Positions 17,807 through 26,629 of a stretch of 64,000 nucleotides of DNA are shown here, piece by piece. The notes below the pieces were generated by a model. It saw only the letters and a list, made by a program, of their open reading frames with translations. It was not told the origin of the DNA and made no database searches. How positions within the stretch are numbered: position 1 is the stretch's first letter; the number at the start of each line of letters is the position of its first letter. The stretch is from Bacteroidaceae bacterium (GTDB lineage: Bacteria > Bacillota > Clostridia > Lachnospirales > Lachnospiraceae), in NCBI GenBank assembly GCA_963620785.1, contig CAVFAT010000051.1:13416-77415 (forward strand). The letters are read 5' to 3'. Both the position numbers and the translations under genes were made by a program.

Positions 17807-19822
17807 TCAGATCATATTTGCTCTTGCAAAAGCCTGTCTTGTACATCTTTGAATATTTCCGGCACCGGGGAGACAATCTCCTATCGCATAAAACTGCAGG
17901 GCACAATTCTGATAAGCCAAAGCCTCCTCTGTTAATCGATCTGTACCGCCACAGATTACAATCGCATCCCCTGTCAGACTTTGCGCCTGCCCGTCTGCAT
18001 CCAGATAGAAAACGGTATTTTCTTTTATTACAGTTGTTTTTGCATTCACAATTGCAGTAAATTCTTCATATCGCTCCCATTCTGCGGCTTCATGTGCATG
18101 GGTCTCGTCATCCTGCTTTACAAAAGACATGGTAATGTAATGAAGCCTGGATGCATCATGTGCCACTTCTTTCTGACGGGTCAGCACACTCACCTTATGT
18201 CCTGCCCGAAGCAGATAAATTGCTGTCTCGATACCGGTCTCGGAACCTCCGACAATAATAACATGCTTGCCAAGTTCAGCCTCCTTGCCCCAGATTTCCC
18301 AGCTTGTCGGATAGAGTGCCTTTCCCTCTGAATCATATAGCCCATCTATACTCTTTGGCAAAACAGCTCTGGCTCCTGTTGCCGCAAGCACTGCATCATA
18401 GCCCTCCTGCTCAATTTCCTCCGGAAGAGGATTCTTTTCAAGCATAATATTTACATTCAATCTCTTCAGCTCTCTGATCAGCCATTCCTTATAATTTTTA
18501 ATTGGCCATTTAAAATCAAAATAATCTGCATGAAGGAGTTGTCCTCCCAGCTGATTGCTCTTTTCGTAAAGTGTTACGCAATGCCCTCTTTTGGCCGCCT
18601 CAAGAGCTGCTCTCATTCCGGCTGCACCGCCTCCGATTACTGCCACCTTTTTCGAAGTGGTCTCGCGGATCATACGGGGAAGTTCATGGCGAATCCCGTG
18701 CACCGGATTTACAGAGCACATGGTAATCCACGGTTCCGGCTCGGGAAGAATGGTTCCATGACATTTATTGCATTTGAGGCAAGGTGTAATCTCTCCGCTT
18801 TTTCCTTCTAAAAGCTTTTGACCATACTCATAATCTGCCATGAAGGCTCTGGCCATACCAAAGAGGTCACACTTTCCTTCTGCCAGGATTTCTTCCATTT
18901 CTTCCGGCTCCTGAAAACCTCCGATCGGAGCCAAAAGAGCAGTAATCCCCTCTTCCTTCAGTCGGGCTGCAAATGCTACGGCCGGATGGTCTCCCTGCTT
19001 AAAGTTAAAGCCCGTCGGATGAGATCTGGTTCCATCCTTCTCTCTGATCTGGAAAATATCAACATCCTTATCGATCAGATGACAAAATTCTGCCACATCA
19101 TCGGAATTTACGCCCGGTTCCTGCTTCCAGCCATAGCCCCAGGGCTGCTCCCAGGCAATAATTGCCTCTGTGATGAAATTATCTCCAAAGCGCTCCTTTA
19201 CCGCTGCATAAACCTGACGGATAAATCTTGATCTGTTCTCAATGGTATCGCTGTTATATTCATCCTCTCTGGTCTTCTGCTCCGGCAGAATTTCCATGTC
19301 GGTGCGCATACTAAGACCATCAAATCCCATAATTTTATACATATGCAGCTTTTCCACAAATGCATCAATCACCTCCGGCATCATTTCCTTCGGCAGCTGC
19401 TTGGTTTCCGGATGATCGTGAGGTGCCCCCATATCAAATACCTTGCCTCCGTAAAGGGAATAGCCTTCCGGCATATCCAAAGAAGCATGGATGAGAAGCT
19501 TCGATCCATAAAAATGAATCTCCTCCGCCAGAAGCGAAAAATAATTGTGAGTACTGGGATCACTTAGATCAAATGCCTGCATATGGGTAAAATCAAACTG
19601 ATAAGGTCCCTTATGCTGTTCCATATTGTTCCACTCTGCGATTGTTACAATTCCGGCACCATTTCTTGCAAGATTAACATGAAAATCCCGAAATCCCTCT
19701 GCCGGAAAAGTCTCCGGACCCATCAGGGTATGAGGAGAGGCGTTCGGATATTCCATTCGATTCTTCAGTAAGTGATTGCCCACCATAATTGGTGAAAGCA
19801 AGTGCGGATATGCTTTTTTCAT
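17807..19822 (-). CDS. Two-domain flavoenzyme of the 2,4-dienoyl-CoA reductase / 2-enoate reductase family (OYE-like TIM barrel + Cys cluster + FAD/NAD(P) domain); substrate unknown
   Basis: 671 aa from the ATG at 19822 (AAGGAG 9 nt upstream). N-terminus LLSPIMVGNHLLKNR is OYE-like. Cys motif CLKCNKCHG...C. Dinucleotide fold VAVIGGGAAGM. Confidence 0.85.
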   Translation of the reverse strand: MKKAYPHLLSPIMVGNHLLKNRMEYPNASPHTLMGPETFPAEGFRDFHVNLARNGAGIVTIAEWNNMEQHKGPYQFDFTHMQAFDLSDPSTHNYFSLLAEEIHFYGSKLLIHASLDMPEGYSLYGGKVFDMGAPHDHPETKQLPKEMMPEVIDAFVEKLHMYKIMGFDGLSMRTDMEILPEQKTREDEYNSDTIENRSRFIRQVYAAVKERFGDNFITEAIIAWEQPWGYGWKQEPGVNSDDVAEFCHLIDKDVDIFQIREKDGTRSHPTGFNFKQGDHPAVAFAARLKEEGITALLAPIGGFQEPEEMEEILAEGKCDLFGMARAFMADYEYGQKLLEGKSGEITPCLKCNKCHGTILPEPEPWITMCSVNPVHGIRHELPRMIRETTSKKVAVIGGGAAGMRAALEAAKRGHCVTLYEKSNQLGGQLLHADYFDFKWPIKNYKEWLIRELKRLNVNIMLEKNPLPEEIEQEGYDAVLAATGARAVLPKSIDGLYDSEGKALYPTSWEIWGKEAELGKHVIIVGGSETGIETAIYLLRAGHKVSVLTRQKEVAHDASRLHYITMSFVKQDDETHAHEAAEWERYEEFTAIVNAKTTVIKENTVFYLDADGQAQSLTGDAIVICGGTDRLTEEALAYQNCALQFYAIGDCLPGAGNIQRCTRQAFARANMI

Positions 19823-19839
19823 AATCTGATATCTCCTTT

Positions 19840-21261
19840 TCATTCTACGGGATGCTTATCATGACGCTCCCTTAAGTCGGCACGAATGCCTTCAATCTCT
19901 TCCTTCTTAATCGGATAGAAAAGAACTGCAATAAAGGAAATTGCAGCCAGAATACCCGGCAAAAGAAATCTGAGCACTGCAACGCCGCTGGCCATTGCCG
20001 GTGTAACATCAATCGTAACCGGCCCCATCCCCTGAAAACCGACAAATTGAAGACCGAAACCTGCAATGGTAGATGCAAAACCTGCAGCCAGCTTCATCAG
20101 AAAGGAAACGATGGCAAATACCGTCGCATCCTGACGAATACCGTTCTGCCATTCCAGTTTATCACATACCTCGAAGCAAAGGTTAATGACATTGATCTGC
20201 AAAGCTCCGACAAACATATTTGTGATCACCAAAACCACCAGATACAGAGGAATCGATACATTTCCAGCAAGATAACTCAATAGAAGCAAAACACAGTAAA
20301 TCGGAACTCCGATCAGCATAATCGTCTTGCAGCTTCCGACCCTTGTTGCAATATAGGGATAAAAGAATTGGCCAATGCAGGCACCTACTGCGACAAGCGC
20401 TACGCCAAGTCCCATAATCAAAGCCGGTGAACCAAGGGAATATGTCAGATAGTAGCTGTTAATCATATCAGATAAGATCTGATTAAAAGTGAAAAAGAGC
20501 TGCGCTGCCATAACAGCAAGCAAGGCCCAGTTTCCTCTTAATACATTCAGAAAGTCCTGGAGACCGGAATTTTTCTTTGCCGCCGGTTCTGCTGTTGCAA
20601 GAGCCTTTTCATGACATCCGAAAAAAGAAAAGCCGGATGAAATAATTGCTACGACACCTACTAAAATTGCAGTATAAAAAACACCATTTTGTCCGATTGT
20701 AAGACCGTTTCCATCAAATCTGGCAACAAAAGCCGCCAAAACCAAAGGCCATACAAAAGCCGGAATTCTGGAAACAATTCTGCTCCATGCTGTAATGGAA
20801 GCTCTCTCCTGCGGATCATTTGTCATTGCGCCGGTCAAGCCAAAATAAGGAATTTCCAGAACGGTATAGCACATACCAAAAAGCACATAAATGATCACAT
20901 AATAGACCATCTTTGCCTGATCGGATAGGGTCGGCACAAAGAAAAGTGCCGCAAAAATTGCTGCCATTGGAATTGACGATAGGATATAGGGTCTGAATTT
21001 GCCAAGCTTAGAATGGGTATGATCGGCAAGGGAACCCAGGATTGGATCATTGATTGCATCCCATATTCTAGCTCCCAGCATCATAGAACCGATAAAGGCT
21101 CCGGGCAATCCTGCTACCATCATCAAAAACATCATCAGATAATTATTTGCAATTGTCTGAAAACCATCCTTACCGGCAAAACCGATAGAATAACAAAGCT
21201 TTGCTCCCGGACTGACCCTGTCCTTGGGATTGATTGTATAAGCATCTTTCTTTTTATTCAT
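19840..21261 (-). CDS. Glycoside-pentoside-hexuronide (GPH):cation symporter family MFS transporter
   Basis: 473 aa from the ATG at 21261 (GGGGGA RBS). GPH signature DHTHSKLGKFRPY. About 12 TM segments. Confidence 0.85.
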   Translation of the reverse strand: MNKKKDAYTINPKDRVSPGAKLCYSIGFAGKDGFQTIANNYLMMFLMMVAGLPGAFIGSMMLGARIWDAINDPILGSLADHTHSKLGKFRPYILSSIPMAAIFAALFFVPTLSDQAKMVYYVIIYVLFGMCYTVLEIPYFGLTGAMTNDPQERASITAWSRIVSRIPAFVWPLVLAAFVARFDGNGLTIGQNGVFYTAILVGVVAIISSGFSFFGCHEKALATAEPAAKKNSGLQDFLNVLRGNWALLAVMAAQLFFTFNQILSDMINSYYLTYSLGSPALIMGLGVALVAVGACIGQFFYPYIATRVGSCKTIMLIGVPIYCVLLLLSYLAGNVSIPLYLVVLVITNMFVGALQINVINLCFEVCDKLEWQNGIRQDATVFAIVSFLMKLAAGFASTIAGFGLQFVGFQGMGPVTIDVTPAMASGVAVLRFLLPGILAAISFIAVLFYPIKKEEIEGIRADLRERHDKHPVE

Positions 21262-21335
21262 TTTATTTCCCCCTTGCATTCACCAACCTGTCTCTTCCCC
21301 CAAAGTTACAGGTCAGCAGACTACTTACCTTATTT

Positions 21336-22499
21336 TTATGAAATAGATATATATTCGGATTTTACCTGTGCTCTCTTGCCGTTATAAGTCATAAACATAT
21401 CCTCAACAAGATCACTTACCAGAATCCTTGCCTTAATTACATCCTTATCATTCGGATGGTTCCATGGCTGTCCGTGGAAAAAATAAGAAGCTGTAATCTT
21501 CTCTCCCTCTGCTGTCTCATAAATATAGGGATCCGGCATTTCTCCCGGTCTGATCAGCATCGGCTTTTCTCCTTCTTTCAAACCTGCCGGTCCAAATTCT
21601 TTTCCAACACAGGCAAACTGGCCGATTACATCTACATTTGCCAGCTCCAGGAAAAGCTTCAATGCTGCAAGCGTTGCCAAAGCCTCATTGGATCCGAAGA
21701 AGCCACCTCCGTAGGTGGTAAAAACAATCCCTATCGGTCTGTAATTGTCTGCTGACGGGCCTCCCGGGAAAGGACAGCTTCTCCGCCTCCACATGGCACC
21801 GATTCTCTTTTTGGGCGGCATGGCATCGGGTCCTCCCGGACCTCCTGCCTCTCCTGGAGGTGGCTTAATCGTATCGCTATTCGCCTGAAATCCATCGCCG
21901 GCATCAACCTGTTCCTGCACTTTGGATTCAAGCTCGCCGCCCGCTCCGAGAGAAAATACCTTATTGACAACAGTAAGCGGATATCCTGCTACAATCGGAG
22001 AGCCGAGTGCGATGACATCATAATCATCAAAATATAATTTTTCCTGCATGCCTTCCCAATCAGAGGCTTTCATGGTCATTCGGAAAAAAGTGACCTCCCA
22101 TTTGTAATGTAGAAAAGTTTCCTCCATGGCTCTGGCAATCTTCTCTGTATTTTTTGTCATGGTTGCATAGAGAATCAAAGCTCTCAGCTTCTTTGGCGAA
22201 AAAGAAAGATTCTTCAGCTCGTAGGACTCATTCTTCTTTCCTTCTTCCAAAATACAGCCCTCTCCCTTTACACTTCCTTCTTCATCAAAAGAAAAACTGA
22301 TCTGATGCAGTTTGTTATCCAATCCTGCTTCCACCGTGATTTCTTTCTCACGAACCACGATATTCCCCAACAGATCTGCTCCTCTGCTGCTGATAATCTC
22401 TCCTTCATATCCACGGTCTGTCTCTCTAAGCGCAATCACCATTTTTCTTTCCTTGCCTTCAAAACTGACCTGATAGGAATATTTACCGGCAAAATTCAT
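21336..22499 (-). CDS. Flavodoxin-like protein with an extra N-terminal domain and a Pro/Gly-rich insertion
   Basis: 387 aa from the ATG at 22499 (AAAGGAGG RBS). Flavodoxin-type segment ALILYATMTKNTEKIA. Insertion IKPPPGEAGGPGGPDAMPPKK. I do not recognise the first ~110 aa. Confidence 0.6.
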   Translation of the reverse strand: MNFAGKYSYQVSFEGKERKMVIALRETDRGYEGEIISSRGADLLGNIVVREKEITVEAGLDNKLHQISFSFDEEGSVKGEGCILEEGKKNESYELKNLSFSPKKLRALILYATMTKNTEKIARAMEETFLHYKWEVTFFRMTMKASDWEGMQEKLYFDDYDVIALGSPIVAGYPLTVVNKVFSLGAGGELESKVQEQVDAGDGFQANSDTIKPPPGEAGGPGGPDAMPPKKRIGAMWRRRSCPFPGGPSADNYRPIGIVFTTYGGGFFGSNEALATLAALKLFLELANVDVIGQFACVGKEFGPAGLKEGEKPMLIRPGEMPDPYIYETAEGEKITASYFFHGQPWNHPNDKDVIKARILVSDLVEDMFMTYNGKRAQVKSEYISIS

Positions 22500-22626
22500 T
22501 CTTTTCCTCCTTTCGCCTTGTCCTGCTTCTTTTTCTTTATCTTCAGTATAAAAGTCCAAAAAGCATCTGTATATTATCGTAAATGTTATTTTTTATTCAC
22601 ATTTTCTCCTATTGCATTTCTTTTTA

Positions 22627-22635
22627 TGCTATAAT
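22627..22635 (+). promoter_or_regulatory. Extended -10 element (TGCTATAAT), candidate promoter of the AraC gene
   Basis: A perfect TATAAT preceded by TGn. A TTGCAT sits upstream at sub-optimal spacing. Located about 140 nt upstream of the AraC start. Confidence 0.4.
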
Positions 22636-22773
22636 TTTTGGCATATTCTTTACTTTTTAACAAGTGATCCATGTTTGCAGACTTTTCCGCCTGCGGCAGG
22701 TCATTTCAGTCATTTCAGTAATACTATTTTTTCTGTACACAGGCCTTTAAACTTTGCAAAGGATTCGAAAATT

Positions 22774-24063
22774 ATGAACGAAAAAGCTCGTCTCCGTTTC
22801 GGAGAATTTGATGAAATGCGACCTTCGGCAAAAGAGCTCCGACAAAATATTTTAGAAAATAAAATGATGTCCCTTCTCTGCCATTGCTCTGCCGAAATTG
22901 ATCCCAGTACTGAATTATTCTATTCTGTTAATCATATGTTTCTTGGCAGTGGAAGCTATATGCTTCTGCTCTTTTCTGAAATCAGCCCCATTTCACAGGA
23001 GCAATCTCTCGGCCAGGATGTCTATAGCCGTTTTTATCTCTATACCTTAATTCAGGAAGAGCTTTTAAAACTTTTTGAAGGCCACTTTACGATCCATACC
23101 GCTGAACTTGACGGCAGACTGGTCGCCCTTCTTATCTTTCATTATGGGGCTGTTCCTGCCATTCAGGCAGATCTCATGCAGTTAATTGAAAAACGATGCA
23201 TCGATCTTTCAGAAAGCTTAAAAGAAAACTATGATCTGCATGTCATTTCTTATTTGGGACAGATCATGGATGAAATCCCACTGATTTCTTCTGTATATGA
23301 TAAATTACTGAGTGCTTCCACTTTTCATCGTTATGTAAACCATAAGTTTGATCGTCCGATTTTCTATTTACCGAAGCCAAAGTCTCCATTAGAAAAAGAA
23401 ACTACGCTTTCTGCTCATGATCATGCCAAGGCAATTGCAAATGCTATGCTTTCCCATGAAGATTATCGCCAGTATGCAATTTTAGCTTTGGATGCTCTGA
23501 TCAATGAACCTCTTTTATCGATTGAAGAGCTGAAAAAACACAGCGGTGATCTTTTTGAAGCTCTCTGTCAGGCTCTTTCCGAAAGGGGTTTTCGTTTTCA
23601 GCACAAAAAAGCCTCTGAGGACTTCCAAAGAGAAAACACCCAAACAACCAGTTGGGATTCCAGCAGAGCCTGGTTTTTAAACTTTCTGGATGAGGTCTAT
23701 GCAGAAAATGAAGTTGATGAGAATACCCAACGAGCTCTTCTCCTAGAAAAAGCAGAGGGCTATATCGAAGAAAGGATTCATGATCCGAGTCTAACCATCA
23801 CTGATATTTCTGATACTCTTTCTGTCAGTATTGCTACTCTGAATGCACTTTTTCGCCGGCAGCTAAACCTTACTCCGGCAAAATATATTCGGCAAAAGCG
23901 CTTAAATGAAGCCTTGCTTCTACTTCAAAAAAGTGACCTTTCCGTTAAAAAGGTCGCAGAAAGCTGCGGCTTCGGCTCCCTGGAAACCTTCCATCGTCTC
24001 TTTCGTCAGGAATACGGCATTTCTCCGGGAATTCTGAAAAATAAAAACAGCAGCAGGGATTGA
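22774..24063 (+). CDS. AraC/XylS-family transcriptional regulator with a long unassigned N-terminal sensor region
   Basis: 429 aa from the ATG at 22774 (AAGGA RBS). The C-terminal double HTH (…LNLTPAKYIRQKRLNEALLLL…GFGSLETFHRLFRQEYGISPG) is AraC-type. Divergent from the reductase operon. Confidence 0.85.
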   Translation: MNEKARLRFGEFDEMRPSAKELRQNILENKMMSLLCHCSAEIDPSTELFYSVNHMFLGSGSYMLLLFSEISPISQEQSLGQDVYSRFYLYTLIQEELLKLFEGHFTIHTAELDGRLVALLIFHYGAVPAIQADLMQLIEKRCIDLSESLKENYDLHVISYLGQIMDEIPLISSVYDKLLSASTFHRYVNHKFDRPIFYLPKPKSPLEKETTLSAHDHAKAIANAMLSHEDYRQYAILALDALINEPLLSIEELKKHSGDLFEALCQALSERGFRFQHKKASEDFQRENTQTTSWDSSRAWFLNFLDEVYAENEVDENTQRALLLEKAEGYIEERIHDPSLTITDISDTLSVSIATLNALFRRQLNLTPAKYIRQKRLNEALLLLQKSDLSVKKVAESCGFGSLETFHRLFRQEYGISPGILKNKNSSRD

Positions 24064-24076
24064 TTTCCTGCTGCTG
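24048..24076. terminator. Hairpin overlapping the AraC stop codon; good intrinsic terminator for the convergent amidohydrolase gene
   Basis: CAGCAGCAGG-N9-CCTGCTGCTG. The minus-strand reading is followed by TTTTTATTTTT. The plus-strand reading is followed by a weaker T-rich tract. Confidence 0.55.
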
Positions 24077-24131
24077 CGCTTCTATTTACTTCTATTTATT
24101 AAAATTTCTTTCTATATGCTTTTCCCGGCAC

Positions 24132-25301
24132 TTACTGATGCTTAATTACCTTTCCATAATGCATTACAAAATCTACCTGACGGAATACAGAAAGATCTTC
24201 CTTCAGTTCTCCTTTAATTGCAATAAGATTGGCCAGCTTTCCAGTCTCAATGCTGCCCTGCGAATCCTCCAGACCACAGACATGTGCACTGTTAATGGTC
24301 GCTGCCTCAATCAGCTGCTTCATGGAAAGTCCTGCCTCCTGCATCAGCTCAAGCTCATGCACCGGAATTCCCTGCACGCTGTCATTTTCTGTCATTCGCA
24401 TGGTATCTGTTCCAAGTGCAACCTTTCCACCCTTCTGAACAAAACGTCTGACATTATCCACTGCATTTCTTTCCTGCTGGTGGGTATCGATTGCTGCCAT
24501 CTTTTCCAGCATTTCCTTCATTGCCGGAGGAAGTTCTCCGGGCGGAAGTGGCGGTCTTGGTGCATCGATGACTGCAAGTGTGGGAGTTACATACATGTTT
24601 TTCTTTACCATTTCTTCCAGCATGTCATCCTCAATCGGATCCAGGGACATGTGAGCCAGCTCCGGAACCCCTGCATCAATCAAAGACTGAATATATTCTG
24701 TATGCTGGATATGTACACCAAACCACATATTATTTTCCCTTGCAGCATCTGCCAGTGCCTTAAATTCCTCCGTGGACAGAACCGGCGTATTCGGATCCAT
24801 TCTTTCCATATCCGCTGCCGATTTAATGCCTGAGCAGCCAAGCTTCTTCATTCTTTCAACGGCTGCTCTTGCCTCCTCGGCTCCCTTTACCGCAATTCCG
24901 TTTTCCTTTCCCATCATCATATGGCCATAGCCATTCTCACAGGTAATGAACCTTCCTGCACTGACAACCTGCGCCCTGTCCGGCTGTGTCAGAGAATGAA
25001 TCCAGGAAAGAAATTCCTCCAAACTCTGATTACCGCCAAATCCCATATCTCTGACGGTGAGGACTCCGCCCATGGCCCATTCCTTTAAGGAGGTATCATC
25101 CATCGGCTCCATACCACTCACCAAATGCATATGGGCATCAAAAAAGCCCGGCATCAAGGTATATCCCTCCAGATCAATACTCTCATCTCCCATAAGATTC
25201 GATCCAATCTCCTGAATCATGCCGTCTTCTATCTTGATATCCTTCTTTTCCTGCCAGATATTCGTATCACAAACGATGGCATTTCGAATCACAATACTCA
25301 T
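24132..25301 (-). CDS. Amidohydrolase-superfamily metal-dependent hydrolase, substrate unknown
   Basis: 389 aa. N-terminal composite domain, then PGFFDAHMHL (HxH metal motif). GGAAGGGGGA RBS. Confidence 0.8.
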   Translation of the reverse strand: MSIVIRNAIVCDTNIWQEKKDIKIEDGMIQEIGSNLMGDESIDLEGYTLMPGFFDAHMHLVSGMEPMDDTSLKEWAMGGVLTVRDMGFGGNQSLEEFLSWIHSLTQPDRAQVVSAGRFITCENGYGHMMMGKENGIAVKGAEEARAAVERMKKLGCSGIKSAADMERMDPNTPVLSTEEFKALADAARENNMWFGVHIQHTEYIQSLIDAGVPELAHMSLDPIEDDMLEEMVKKNMYVTPTLAVIDAPRPPLPPGELPPAMKEMLEKMAAIDTHQQERNAVDNVRRFVQKGGKVALGTDTMRMTENDSVQGIPVHELELMQEAGLSMKQLIEAATINSAHVCGLEDSQGSIETGKLANLIAIKGELKEDLSVFRQVDFVMHYGKVIKHQ

Positions 25302-25455
25302 AAAATCCCCCTTCCTATCATTTCAAGCCCTAAATCATTGATTTTTAGACCTTTTCTTTTCATTTTATCACGCCATACTGTCACTCTGCCTTCATTCTAG
25401 ACTTTATAATTCATAATTTCTAATAGTATTATATTATTTTTTCATAACCGATGAG

Positions 25456-25688
25456 TTATAATATATCGTATCGCAAAGCGATACGATGTACAGCGGCACA
25501 TCGCGCTTTAGCGCGATCTTTCATGTGCCGCGTGTCTTATAATCTATCGTGCCACGAAGTGGTACGATGTACGAAGGCGCATCCTGCGATAGCAGGATCT
25601 TTCATGCGCCGTGAGTCAATATATCGTATCGCAAAGCGATACGATATGCAGCGGCACATCGCGCTTTAGCGCGATCTTTCATGTGCCG
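25456..25688 (+). repeat. Three tandem 77-81-nt units, each a conserved two-hairpin module; candidate structured RNA or ssDNA element of unknown class
   Basis: Units at about 25456-25530, 25531-25611 and 25612-25688. Hairpin A lies at 25465-25487, 25546-25568 and 25623-25645. Hairpin B lies at 25494-25530, 25576-25610 and 25652-25688. Unit 2 keeps both stems through compensatory changes. Confidence 0.85.
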
Positions 25689-25702
25689 AGAAAGGAATCT
25701 CT

Positions 25703-26629
25703 ATGGAATTATCACATTTAAAATATTTTCAGCTAACAGCCAAACTTCAGCATATTACAAAAGCTGCCTCCCAGCTTTATATCTCACAGCCGGCCCTTAG
25801 CAAAACAATCTCCAAGCTGGAACATGAGCTTGGTGTGAAGCTTTTTGACAGGGAAGGAAAGGGACTTTACCTGAATGAGTACGGGAAAGCTGTATTAAAG
25901 CATACCGAGCGGATTTTCTCTGAACTGGATGAAATGAAGAGAGAAATATCTGATATGAAGGACGGAACCTCCGGATCTCTCCGTATTGCAACCGTCTGGT
26001 CCTCTTCTAATCCCCTATGGCTGACCAGCAGTATCGGCAAATTTATGCCCCTTTATCCAAATATCCATATCCAGTATTTTAAAACCGAATTGGAGCGATT
26101 GGAAAAGCAGCTGACAGACGGAGAAATCGATATTGCCTTCTCTTCTGCTCCCCTGGCTTCTCCAACAATTGAATGGACCCCGCTTTTCTCTGAAAAAATC
26201 GGCATTGTTCTCTCTGACCGCCATCATTTTGCGAAAAGATTCTCTCTTCATATGATTGACCTGAAGGATGAAAAATTCTGTATTATGGATGTCAATTCGG
26301 ATTCCTCCAGACTGACCCTAGAACTTTGTCAAAAAGCACATTTTACACCGAATATCTGCTATTCTCTGGACAATCCCCTTCTGATTGCCTATGCACTGAC
26401 CAATGCCGATTGTGTTTCCATTATTTCCGAAAATGGCTACATACAGTCCCATAGTCAGGATAAGAATCTGGGGATTCCGGATGATAAGGTCTTCATCCCC
26501 CTTGAGGATGACTTTGCAAAAAGAACCTGCTATATGGGAACCCTGACAAAACGCTATCAGACAAAAGCCCAGCTTGATTTTATTGCAACCCTGAGACAAG
26601 CCATCGACTCAGTTAACAATGCGGGCTAA
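25703..26629 (+). CDS. LysR-family transcriptional regulator
   Basis: 308 aa. N-terminal wHTH LKYFQLTAKLQHITKAASQLYISQPALSKTISKLEHELGVKLFDR. Divergent from the amidohydrolase. Confidence 0.92.
   Translation: MELSHLKYFQLTAKLQHITKAASQLYISQPALSKTISKLEHELGVKLFDREGKGLYLNEYGKAVLKHTERIFSELDEMKREISDMKDGTSGSLRIATVWSSSNPLWLTSSIGKFMPLYPNIHIQYFKTELERLEKQLTDGEIDIAFSSAPLASPTIEWTPLFSEKIGIVLSDRHHFAKRFSLHMIDLKDEKFCIMDVNSDSSRLTLELCQKAHFTPNICYSLDNPLLIAYALTNADCVSIISENGYIQSHSQDKNLGIPDDKVFIPLEDDFAKRTCYMGTLTKRYQTKAQLDFIATLRQAIDSVNNAG

Noticed and set aside
25451-25669. 72-aa ORF (MSYNISYRKAIRCTAAHRALARSF...) running through the tandem repeats
   Set aside because: Its internally repeated peptide simply mirrors the DNA repeat. 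Unit 2's changes are compensatory at the base-pair level rather than conservative at the codon level. There is no RBS. A nucleic-acid structure explains the region better.
25456-25688. Possible mini-CRISPR array
   Set aside because: The units are contiguous with no unique spacers. They are 77-81 nt long, there are only three of them, and unit 2 diverges from units 1 and 3. No cas genes or leader are nearby.
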